Shown: positions 1 through 7,889, numbered from the stretch's first letter. The stretch: DNA of 35,012 nucleotides from Sphingobacteriales bacterium (GCA_050256755.1 JBLMVP010000245.1:1-35012), one strand, 5' to 3'. The notes: a model not told the origin generated them from the letters alone. Made by a program: numbers and translations.

Positions 1-69
1 ATTGATGACACCGAGGAAAATATAATTGACCCCAATCGATGGAGACCTGCGAATTTTACCAACGAATAA
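1..69 (+). CDS. 3' end of an unidentified CDS (partial, enters from outside the window)
   Basis: Frame 1 is open from base 1 to TAA at 67-69 (IDDTEENIIDPNRWRPANFTNE*). Only 22 codons are visible and no family is recognisable. Confidence 0.3.
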   Translation: MDDTEENIIDPNRWRPANFTNE

Positions 70-475
70 TGATGAATGGCTATGATGGAATGATGAAGAC
101 GGGATAAACTATAACAACTCGTGTAAGACCTGTTTTTTGCAGCTAAGTACTGAATGGGGTATACTGCTGATATACCAGGCTTATGCATACCTGAGGTATA
201 TATTTACATTGAAAGATAAACGAAGGATGAACGAAGGATGGACGAAGTATAGTAGGGTTTGTTACCTATTTTCTTTCTACCTTTCTACCATTAGGCTGTA
301 GTTATAATAGCATTAACGGAAGGAAGAAATGACGGCAGGTCCACAACACATGGGTATTTAAGGAGAGGTATCCCGGAGGGAAAATAACAGGATTCGTTTT
401 ATAACTACCATTTTCACCCCGATGAAATTATATTGATTAATTCCTCCAATGGATAATACTTATTCCTGATTTATT

Positions 476-1021
476 TTACAAAACTGTAAGCTTTTGAGAT
501 GTTTTCTCACCAGTTTCCCTATTGCTGATTTGGAGGGAATAAATACCTGTTCTTAAGTTCCTTAACTGCAGGTTTTGGCCCCTGTAACTGTTCCAGGTTT
601 TTATCAATTTGCCGGAGAAATCAACCAGGTTTATATCTATTGTACCATTACCTTCCGGAATAATAACATTTACCAAACCATTAGCTGGATTGGGATATAC
701 TAAAACCTGTAAAGATTTAGAGTTATTTCTTATAGATTTAATTTCACTATAGCTTTGTGTTTTTGAATAACCAAGCTGACGTAACCGGTAGTAAGAAGTC
801 CCTGTAATTAAAAGTTCAGGATCAGTAAAATTGTATTTTATATTCTGCTGGCTGTACCCATTGTCTGTTTTTGAAGCAACAAACCCTATTGTTTCAAACC
901 CTTTATTTGTTTTACGCTGAACTTCAAAGCCATAATTATCTAGCTCAGTGGCTGTTTCCCATTGAAGAGCAGCTTTATTATTCTGTTTATATATTGCCAG
1001 GTATAATAATTTAACGGGAAG
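476..1021 (-). repeat. Paralogous 3' module (beta-sandwich domain + T9SS CTD), copy 1 of 2
   Basis: The last 181 aa (from LPVKLL) align without gaps to the last 181 aa of 2115..3314. Two blocks are identical: YSEIKSIRNNSKSLQVL and TGIYSLQISNRETGEKTSQKLT. Confidence 0.8.
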
Positions 1022-1750
1022 GGGTCCCTGGCTATTTACAAAAGAAGCACTGTCTGCTCCTATGGGTATATTATTAAGGCTTTTTATTTTTGTACCCGGA
1101 GGACAGTTTACACCAGATGGATCATTTGGTCTCGATTGTCTATCAAGTACAAATAATATTTTTTTGTATTGTGAAATAGTATCAGTAGTATTTGCAAAAT
1201 CTCCAATAAAATTAGAAGCATTGGGATCAAAGAAATTATAGTTATTGGCTGAATCGCAGTTTTTAAATTGAAAAACTGCTGATAATATCGGTTTAGACTC
1301 CCCCCCTAATACTTTTAAAATATTATTACAGGAATCGGTAGAGCGTTGTATAAGCTTTGTCTGATAGTTTTGTTGTGAGTAAGTATAAGTGGTATCGGTA
1401 CCATTTATTGCACTTACATAATCAGTAATAACCCTGCTTCCGTTAATCACTGTATCGGGGGCTGCGGGGTCAGAACTATTGCCTGACCAGTGATCAGGAG
1501 TCTTATTAAGTCCGTCAGTAAAAGAAGTAAAGCTTATAAAATTGAGTAATGAACTATCCCACTGCAGGTTGACCCTGGAAATAGCAATATCAAAACTGCC
1601 CGCACCGCTTGTTGGATTTTTTATCCAATACTCAACGGTTACTTTACAAGTTCCGGGGGAATAACTTAAAACGCCAAAAACATCACCCTGCTGGGCTTTA
1701 ATTAAACAAGAGGTCAGCACTAATGATACGGTAAGTATAAATGTTTTCAT
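476..1750 (-). CDS. Secreted T9SS cargo protein: signal peptide, unrecognised N-terminal domain, beta-sandwich (FN3-like) domain, T9SS C-terminal sorting domain
   Basis: Signal peptide MKTFILTVSLVLTSCLIKAQQ. The C-terminal ~80 aa has the type-A Por/T9SS sorting signature (VYPNPANG...IYSLQI...). The middle segment LQWETATELDNYGFEVQRK...YYRLRQ is a Bacteroidota surface-protein domain. It is a paralog of 2115..3314. Confidence 0.85.
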   Translation of the reverse strand: MKTFILTVSLVLTSCLIKAQQGDVFGVLSYSPGTCKVTVEYWIKNPTSGAGSFDIAISRVNLQWDSSLLNFISFTSFTDGLNKTPDHWSGNSSDPAAPDTVINGSRVITDYVSAINGTDTTYTYSQQNYQTKLIQRSTDSCNNILKVLGGESKPILSAVFQFKNCDSANNYNFFDPNASNFIGDFANTTDTISQYKKILFVLDRQSRPNDPSGVNCPPGTKIKSLNNIPIGADSASFVNSQGPLPVKLLYLAIYKQNNKAALQWETATELDNYGFEVQRKTNKGFETIGFVASKTDNGYSQQNIKYNFTDPELLITGTSYYRLRQLGYSKTQSYSEIKSIRNNSKSLQVLVYPNPANGLVNVIIPEGNGTIDINLVDFSGKLIKTWNSYRGQNLQLRNLRTGIYSLQISNRETGEKTSQKLTVL

Positions 1751-2114
1751 AATAACTGTTTTCAGGGTAAACGGAAAAGCTTCAGAGGACCCGGAGTTGG
1801 TTATTTTCAGGAGAATGTTGGAAAACAGAATTATTAATCACGAAAATGATTAAACGAAGGAAAGATGGATTACTATACAGGCTTATAAATAGGTGTGGAC
1901 TATTAGAATGGAATTATTAATTAGCAGCGTAAAAATAGGAACTAATTTTTCAATATGCAAGTATTTGCTTATAAAAAACCTTTAGGATAGTGTTTTAATA
2001 CGGAAATAAATTTAATTAAAAACCACGCAGGAAGTTTGTTTAATTATATAAAATAGTTTTACAGGCATACAATTATAGTATTGATGCTTTTCAATTATTT
2101 CAACAAATTTTCTT

Positions 2115-2660
2115 CTATAAAATGGTAAGTTTTTGTGAAGTTTTTTCACCGGTTTCCCGGTTGCTGATTTGTAAAGAATAGATGCCAGTTTTTAAACCTT
2201 CTAATTGCAGGTTTTGTGCTTTAAAACTGTTCCATTGCTTTACAAGCCTGCCAGAGAAATCAACCAGGTTTATATCAGTAACACCATTAATATCCGGTAT
2301 AATAACATTTACATTACCATGGCTGGGGTTTGGATAAATTAACACCTGTAATGATTTTGAATTATTTCTGATTGATTTTATTTCACTGTAAGTTTCTGCT
2401 TTATCTGCCCCAATCTGTTTAATTCTGTAATAAGTCACTGAATTTTCCGGCAAATTTGAATCGGTGAAAATATAGCTTATGTTATTTGAGCTATTACCAT
2501 TATAAGATTTAGAAGGAACAAAACCTATTTTCTCAAATTTTCCATTTGTCTTTCGCTGAATTTCAAATCCCAAATTATTTGATTCGAAGGCTGTCTGCCA
2601 GGCTAATACTGCATTTTTATGCTCCATTATAACATCAAAAGACAACCATCTCACCGGTAA
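2115..2660 (-). repeat. Paralogous 3' module (beta-sandwich domain + T9SS CTD), copy 2 of 2
   Basis: Gap-free 181-aa alignment to 476..1021. The DNA differs at many synonymous sites. Confidence 0.8.
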
Positions 2661-3314
2661 CGCCGAATTACTTGAATTAAACACATCCCTGGTGGTATCT
2701 GTAGTTATTGTGGTTGTATTTTTTACAAGATTATTTTTACAGGAATTTGAACTATTTCCGGCGTCTTCTAATTGACTTCCGGGTAAAAATTGAATGGGGG
2801 AAGCTGAACTGCCATTATCAAAGGAGGCGATATAATTATTTGCAGAGGGTGTTGAAAAATTATACGCTGCAGCCACAGCAGGATCAATGTAAAAATCCGC
2901 TACAAAAAAAGGTATACATGCCCCGTTATTCAAGATTAATAAGTTACTGCATGTTATTGTAGAACGTTGCAAGTTCACCGCATTATAGCTCACTCCATTA
3001 TGTATGATGGGCGAAAGATTTTGGTTTACGTCAGGATTGCTGTTTGAATAATCTGAAGAATCTAAACCATCTTTAGCAGGTATAAAACTGCTGTCCAGTA
3101 AAGTTACCTTTGTTGGGTCCCATTCCATTACAAACGATATATTGGCAAATTCAAAATTGGGATTAGAGCCTGAAGGATTACAAATCCAATAACTAATTTG
3201 CAATTTATTAGTAGTAGAATTATAAAATGTGTACCCGGTAAAATAAACACTGGTTTGGCTTTTAGCAGGTAAAAAACAAATAACCAGGAAAGTCGCTAAT
3301 AAAATTTTTTTCAT
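2115..3314 (-). CDS. Secreted T9SS cargo protein, tandem paralog of 476..1750
   Basis: Signal peptide MKKILLATFLVICFLPAKSQ. It has the same three-part architecture, with CTD IYPNPSHGNVNV...IYSLQISNRETGEKTSQKLTIL. The N-terminal domain shares only scattered motifs with the paralog (YWI.NP, QRST..C.N.L, NYNF). Confidence 0.85.
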   Translation of the reverse strand: MKKILLATFLVICFLPAKSQTSVYFTGYTFYNSTTNKLQISYWICNPSGSNPNFEFANISFVMEWDPTKVTLLDSSFIPAKDGLDSSDYSNSNPDVNQNLSPIIHNGVSYNAVNLQRSTITCSNLLILNNGACIPFFVADFYIDPAVAAAYNFSTPSANNYIASFDNGSSASPIQFLPGSQLEDAGNSSNSCKNNLVKNTTTITTDTTRDVFNSSNSALPVRWLSFDVIMEHKNAVLAWQTAFESNNLGFEIQRKTNGKFEKIGFVPSKSYNGNSSNNISYIFTDSNLPENSVTYYRIKQIGADKAETYSEIKSIRNNSKSLQVLIYPNPSHGNVNVIIPDINGVTDINLVDFSGRLVKQWNSFKAQNLQLEGLKTGIYSLQISNRETGEKTSQKLTIL

Positions 3315-3606
3315 GTGCTTCCGTTTTCAGAAGGTAATAAATACGGATTGGCATAGAATACTCAGTGGCATTACAGGGATACTGAAAACAATAAACTATC
3401 GATTCTTAAATTAAATAAATTAAACTTGCTGAACTGGATTTAAGAGAGGTAATTGTATAGGGCGGATTTTTAATCGAAGGCTCCAAAAATATACATATGT
3501 TCTGTTAGTTACAAGCTTTTTATACAATAATTTCAAATGAATTTGAAAGAGTTATCCAACAGGAATAACACATCAAATCAATATTTTTACAAAAAAATAT
3601 TTGATT

Positions 3607-3954
3607 ATGTCACTAATTAAAGAATTTAATAGCTACCGGGAGAAAATGAACGAGGTCATTTTGAGTAAAAACAACCTGGTAATGAAGCGTTTATGGAATT
3701 TAGACACCAATACCTATGATGATGGTGCGCTGGATAAAAAAACTAAAGAAATGCTCGGGCTGGTATCCAGCATGGTACTAAGATGTGATGACTGCATTAA
3801 GTATCACTTAGGCAAATCATATGAACTTAAAGTTACAACAGAGGAAATGTACGAGATTTTTGCTGTTGCTAATATTGTAGGAGGAACAATTGTGATTCCT
3901 CATACCAGGAGAGCTGCTGAATATTGGGAAGAATTGCAGAATCAGCCAAATTGA
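3607..3954 (+). CDS. Carboxymuconolactone decarboxylase (AhpD-like) family protein
   Basis: The AhpD/CMD core motif MVLRCDDCIKYHLGKS (CxxC...H) is present. The ORF track starts at TTG 3601, and ATG 3607 two codons later is the more likely start. Confidence 0.8.
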   Translation: MSLIKEFNSYREKMNEVILSKNNLVMKRLWNLDTNTYDDGALDKKTKEMLGLVSSMVLRCDDCIKYHLGKSYELKVTTEEMYEIFAVANIVGGTIVIPHTRRAAEYWEELQNQPN

Positions 3955-4014
3955 ATTTAATTTATTGGTAATTAATAACGAATTTTGAACTCTTAACTGT
4001 AATAATTTTAATTC

Positions 4015-5043
4015 ATGTCCCAGGTAACAACAGCTCCGTTAACCGCCAAAGATTTTCAAACAGACCAGGAAGTTCGCTGGTGTCCCGGTTGCGGTGATTA
4101 TTCAATTTTAGCGCAGGTTCAAAAAGTAATGCCCACTCTGGGCATCCCAAGAGAAAATGTTGTAATTATTTCAGGAATTGGCTGCAGCAGCCGTTTCCCT
4201 TATTACATGAATACTTATGGGATGCACTCTATTCATGGAAGGGCCACAGCGATTGCCTCAGGGTTAAAAGCGTCCAGGCCGGAATTAAGCGTTTGGATTG
4301 TAACGGGCGATGGAGATAGTTTAAGTATTGGTGGTAATCACACCATTCATTTGTTACGCAGAAATTTTGATGTAAATATTTTACTTTTCAATAATCAAAT
4401 TTATGGCTTAACCAAAGGCCAGTATTCACCAACATCAGAGGAACATAAGCTTACAAAATCCTCTCCTTTTGGCAGTATTGATCATCCTTTCAATCCCCTG
4501 GCATTAGCTATGGGGGCTGATGCAACTTTTGTTGCCCGCAGTATGGACAGGGATCCTAAACATTTACAGGAATTATTACTCCGCGCCAATAAACATAAAG
4601 GAGCTTCCTTTCTTGAAATATATCAGAACTGCAATATTTTCAATGACGGTGCTTTTGAAGTCTTTACCGAAAAAGGGTCAAAACCTGAGGAAGCTTTATT
4701 CCTTGAAAATGGCAAGCCTTTGGTTTTTGGTGCTCAACAAAACAAAGGAATTAAGTTAGATGGATTTACCCCTGTTGTTGTTGAATTGGGGAATGGAGTG
4801 AGTGCTGATGATTTATGGGTACATGATGAAAAGGATTTTTATAAAGCACAGATCTTAGTACGCTTATTTGATAACCCAAAAAATCCCGGGCATTTACCAA
4901 GACCTTTTGGTGTGTTTTATGAAGCTCAAAGGGCATGTTATGAAGATGTGATGCGTATGCAGATTGAAGAAGTGCAGTCAACTAAAGGAAAAGGCAGTTT
5001 AGATAAGTTGCTGAAAGGAAATGAAAACTGGATAATTAAGTAA
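4015..5043 (+). CDS. korB: 2-oxoglutarate/2-oxoacid:ferredoxin oxidoreductase, beta (TPP-binding) subunit
   Basis: N-terminal RWCPGCGDYSIL motif, TPP-binding GDGD...N segment (VTGDGDSLSIGGNH...NNQIYGLTKGQ), and ~340 aa length typical of KorB. Confidence 0.85.
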   Translation: MSQVTTAPLTAKDFQTDQEVRWCPGCGDYSILAQVQKVMPTLGIPRENVVIISGIGCSSRFPYYMNTYGMHSIHGRATAIASGLKASRPELSVWIVTGDGDSLSIGGNHTIHLLRRNFDVNILLFNNQIYGLTKGQYSPTSEEHKLTKSSPFGSIDHPFNPLALAMGADATFVARSMDRDPKHLQELLLRANKHKGASFLEIYQNCNIFNDGAFEVFTEKGSKPEEALFLENGKPLVFGAQQNKGIKLDGFTPVVVELGNGVSADDLWVHDEKDFYKAQILVRLFDNPKNPGHLPRPFGVFYEAQRACYEDVMRMQIEEVQSTKGKGSLDKLLKGNENWIIK

Positions 5044-5062
5044 TCACTTTAAATCATATTTG

Positions 5063-5090
5063 AAAACCTCTTTAGCCGGAGGTTTTTTCT
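5063..5090 (+). terminator. Putative intrinsic terminator after korB
   Basis: AAAACCTC (5063-5070) pairs with GAGGTTTT (5079-5086) and runs into a T-tract. The stem is partly A:U, so it is moderate. Confidence 0.5.
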
Positions 5091-5123
5091 TTAAAAAGTA
5101 AGGCCCCGATAGAAATCGGAGCC
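5089..5123 (-). terminator. Putative intrinsic terminator of 5154..5738
   Basis: On the minus strand GGCTCCGAT-TTCT-ATCGGGGCC forms a 9-bp stem with one G:U, followed by TTACTTTTT. Confidence 0.55.
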
Positions 5124-5153
5124 CTTTGCTTACCTCTGAAACCACAAAAATTT

Positions 5154-5738
5154 TTATGCGAATTTGCTTTTCGTTGTATAATTTTTATTGATACTTACAA
5201 ATATATTCCTCAAAATTCCTGCCACCTTGTTGTTAATTCCGTTTTTTTGCAATTGTTTTTCTTCACAGTAAGAGTAGTTATGTATACCACGATTGATAAA
5301 AGCTGAATGATGTCCCGCTTTGTACTCTTTTAGATATAAAGATTTAATTGAACTAAATATGGCTTCCCCATTGGCCTTAACCTGCTTAATTCTATAGTAA
5401 ATAATTTTAGTTTTTCCAGTTCCTTTCAGGTTATCCTTAAAAATATAGTTACCGGAAGCTGATTTATTTTCCTCAGGAAAAAGTATTCCAACTGTTTTAA
5501 ATTTCATGAGTTTACCAGCCCTCTCAACTTCATAGTAAACATTTTGCTGAGCTGGTGTAATGGACCAGGAAATAATTATTTTATCATCCAGCTTTGATAA
5601 AGAAAGGTTTTGAAAATAATTATCACCAACAGTTTCTTTAACAGGTTGAAGTCCATAAGAAAAATTACCTCCTGATATGGAGATAAATAACAGCATTAGT
5701 TGAGTGTGATAAGCAATATATTTAAATTTCCAATTCAT
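5154..5738 (-). CDS. Hypothetical exported/anchored protein with one copy of the beta-sandwich domain found in the T9SS paralogs, but no T9SS CTD
   Basis: Hydrophobic N-terminus (LMLLFISISGG). The segment IISWSITPAQQNVYYEVERAGK...IIYYRIKQVKANGEAIFSSIKSL parallels LAWQTAFESNNLGFEIQRK...YYRIKQ...YSEIKSI of 2115..3314. Confidence 0.65.
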   Translation of the reverse strand: MNWKFKYIAYHTQLMLLFISISGGNFSYGLQPVKETVGDNYFQNLSLSKLDDKIIISWSITPAQQNVYYEVERAGKLMKFKTVGILFPEENKSASGNYIFKDNLKGTGKTKIIYYRIKQVKANGEAIFSSIKSLYLKEYKAGHHSAFINRGIHNYSYCEEKQLQKNGINNKVAGILRNIFVSINKNYTTKSKFA

Positions 5739-5910
5739 TAAACCCTGATAAATAGCCTTTACTTTAAAATGTGGATAGGGAAATTGGAGCTTGACCTGGG
5801 AGATTGGAGAATACGGGATACAACAGGCAGGTAAAATTAATTGCTGACACTGACATTTACAAGCTTTCGCTTTAAAAAGAAAAACACCATACGCTTAAGA
5901 TAAACTCCTT

Positions 5911-6792
5911 TTATTGCATCACCAGTTTATCAAGTTCCTTTTTAGCTGCGGTAAAACTTTTTTCCTTTTTATAATTATACCACCAATCGGGAACCGTTTT
6001 TTTCATAAGATTATCAATATTCCTCATCCCGAAAAGCCGCCAGGCACCATTAATTTTTCCTGCTAATGAAGGTTGCATAGCCCGAAGACTCAATGCAAAA
6101 CCGCTTTCAATATATTCCATATGATGCCAGTAACCTGCCGGCATAAACAAAGTATCACCGTGTTCTAAAATTACTTCATATCCATTGGCCAGTTTTGTTG
6201 CCGGAAAATTATCATAATCAAATCGCCTATAGTATTGGGCAAAATTTGCAATACACAAAACCTCCCAGGGTTTATGGTAAAGTTTTGTTTTCTCTTCATA
6301 AGGAAAAAGTAAAACCCTCTTCCTGCCAATAAACTGAGTATGCAGGATATGGGACAAATCAATATCGTAATGCATATGCGTTACAGACCCGGCCCCGCCA
6401 ACAAACAACATTGGAAATTTTTTTACAAAGCCCTTCATTAAATCATCCGGCCATGTAAAATCATTTATTATTTGCGGGGCATGCTGAAAAATATTAAAGA
6501 GGAAAATTCGTAATTCAAGCGGACCGGTTCTTACCTGTTGTAAATAATCTCCAAACTTCATGTACCCATCGGCCTTATTAATTGGTGTATAAGCATCGCT
6601 TTTAATGTTGTTATACACTCCTACTTCTTTTTGGCCAACAATATCGATAAAATAATCCCAGTTCCATTTATTATATGCCGTCCATTGATGTGATAATTCT
6701 TTAATTACCACCGGCTTATTTGGCCTATAATAATTATGCTGGAAACTTTCTGCTGAAATAGTATCAAATATGTCTACTGGTACTAACTGCAT
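5911..6792 (-). CDS. Cupin-like / JmjC-domain (Cupin_8-type) putative Fe(II)/2-oxoglutarate oxygenase
   Basis: HxD...H facial-triad candidates (THMHYD and GYWHHMEY) are present and the overall pattern looks Cupin_8-like. The ORF track starts at TTG 6834. A TAnnTTTG box (6814-6821) lies inside that extension, so ATG 6792 (MQLVPVD...) is preferred. Confidence 0.7.
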   Translation of the reverse strand: MQLVPVDIFDTISAESFQHNYYRPNKPVVIKELSHQWTAYNKWNWDYFIDIVGQKEVGVYNNIKSDAYTPINKADGYMKFGDYLQQVRTGPLELRIFLFNIFQHAPQIINDFTWPDDLMKGFVKKFPMLFVGGAGSVTHMHYDIDLSHILHTQFIGRKRVLLFPYEEKTKLYHKPWEVLCIANFAQYYRRFDYDNFPATKLANGYEVILEHGDTLFMPAGYWHHMEYIESGFALSLRAMQPSLAGKINGAWRLFGMRNIDNLMKKTVPDWWYNYKKEKSFTAAKKELDKLVMQ

Positions 6793-6813
6793 AGCAATCA
6801 AAAAATTAAACAC

Positions 6814-6821
6814 CAAAGATA
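6814..6821 (-). promoter_or_regulatory. Bacteroidota -7 promoter box (TATCTTTG)
   Basis: Exact TAnnTTTG match on the minus strand, 21 nt upstream of ATG 6792. Confidence 0.4.
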
Positions 6822-6914
6822 AAAACCAAAACAATTTGAAATGTCGGTAAACGACAGTAAAAATAAGTTCCCCACCGGTAAAAACAAGTAATTACTTTAT
6901 ATTTAGCTGCAACT

Positions 6915-7523
6915 ATGCTGCTTCATCTTCATCCAGATAACCCCCAACCCAGGCAATTAAAAACCGTTGTGGACTGCCTGTTAAGCGGGGGTATAATTAT
7001 TTATCCCACTGATACGATATATGGATTAGGTGCTGATATTTTCCAATCTAAAGCAATAGAACGGATTTGCCGGATCAAAAATGTAGAACCTGCAAAAGCA
7101 CAACTATCTTTTATTTGTCATGATCTTGGTGATTTAAGCAAATACACCAAACCCATTTCCACTCCTGCATTTCGTTTATTAAAAAGATATCTGCCCGGCC
7201 CTTATACTTTTATATTACCGGCCAGCAAAGAAGTGCCTAAAATTTTAAAAAGCAAAAAAGATACAATTGGTCTCAGAATTCCTGACAATAAAATATCACA
7301 GGCTATCGTGGAACAATTAAGCCACCCTATCCTCAGTGCATCACTGCCGGGAGAAATGGTGGAAGAGTACACCGACCCTGAGTGGATTTATGAAAAATTT
7401 CATAAGCTGGTTGATATTGTAATTGACGGTGGGATTGGCGGTATTATTCCTTCGACAATTATTGATTGTACCAGTGATGTTCCTGTAGTAATTAGGGAAG
7501 GTCTCGGCCAATGGGCAGAATAA
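6915..7523 (+). CDS. tsaC: L-threonylcarbamoyladenylate synthase (YrdC/TsaC type, short form)
   Basis: YrdC-domain motifs IIIYPTDTIYGLGAD, LSFIC and GPYTFIL. At 202 aa it has no Sua5 C-terminal domain. Confidence 0.85.
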   Translation: MLLHLHPDNPQPRQLKTVVDCLLSGGIIIYPTDTIYGLGADIFQSKAIERICRIKNVEPAKAQLSFICHDLGDLSKYTKPISTPAFRLLKRYLPGPYTFILPASKEVPKILKSKKDTIGLRIPDNKISQAIVEQLSHPILSASLPGEMVEEYTDPEWIYEKFHKLVDIVIDGGIGGIIPSTIIDCTSDVPVVIREGLGQWAE

Positions 7524-7526
7524 TTG

Positions 7527-7550
7527 ATCGTCCCGCAAATGCGGGACGAT
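7527..7550. terminator. Hairpin between convergent genes (possible bidirectional terminator)
   Basis: Perfect 10-bp stem ATCGTCCCGC-AAAT-GCGGGACGAT. The flanks are A/T-rich but lack a clean U-tract. Confidence 0.55.
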
Positions 7551-7577
7551 TAATTATATAATGTTGTTCAACTTATT

Positions 7578-7889
7578 TTAAGCCCTGTCTTTTGCATTAT
7601 GCTTCTTGCGATAAATTTTACGGCTTTCTTTATTTTCTTCTTTACGGATTTCTTTTCTTTCCTGTTTATCTATTTTACCATCATCTTTTTTAGCTTCCCT
7701 GATATCCTGGTGGATTTCTTTTTGATCTTTAGCCAGGTTTTTGGCTTCCGTTTTTGTTAGCTCACCGCTTTTAACTCCTTGTTTAACACGTTGTCTTTGA
7801 TGATGGGCTTTTTCACGAACCTGGGCATTAGCGGAAGTGGCAGCAAATACAATTAAAATTAATGTGGCAACTAGAAATTTCGCTTTCAT
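7578..7889 (-). CDS. Small secreted, highly basic Lys/Glu-rich protein (hypothetical)
   Basis: Signal peptide MKAKFLVATLILIVFAATSANAQ followed by a charged K/E/R-rich repeat-like region. A TAnnTTTG box lies 19 nt upstream. Confidence 0.6.
   Translation of the reverse strand: MKAKFLVATLILIVFAATSANAQVREKAHHQRQRVKQGVKSGELTKTEAKNLAKDQKEIHQDIREAKKDDGKIDKQERKEIRKEENKESRKIYRKKHNAKDRA

Noticed and set aside
476-2660. Recent gene conversion or very recent duplication as the explanation for the near-identical C-terminal blocks of the T9SS paralogs
   Set aside because: The identical peptide blocks are encoded by DNA with frequent synonymous differences. The longest identical nucleotide run I saw is ~21 nt. 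Conservation is therefore at the protein level.
2708-2962. 84-aa plus-strand ORF inside the second T9SS gene. Similar antisense ORFs lie at 8150-8455, 9062-9388, 21211-21576, 25989-26315, 29912-30220 and 34035-34361.
   Set aside because: All lie fully inside well-supported genes on the opposite strand. They have odd composition and no recognisable motifs or promoter boxes, so they are typical shadow ORFs.
5154-5340. The 5154..5738 gene as a frameshifted pseudogene of a T9SS cargo protein
   Set aside because: I translated the other two minus-strand frames of the 3' region and found early stops and no CTD-like peptide. Only ~110 bp remain before korB, so there is no room for a decayed CTD.
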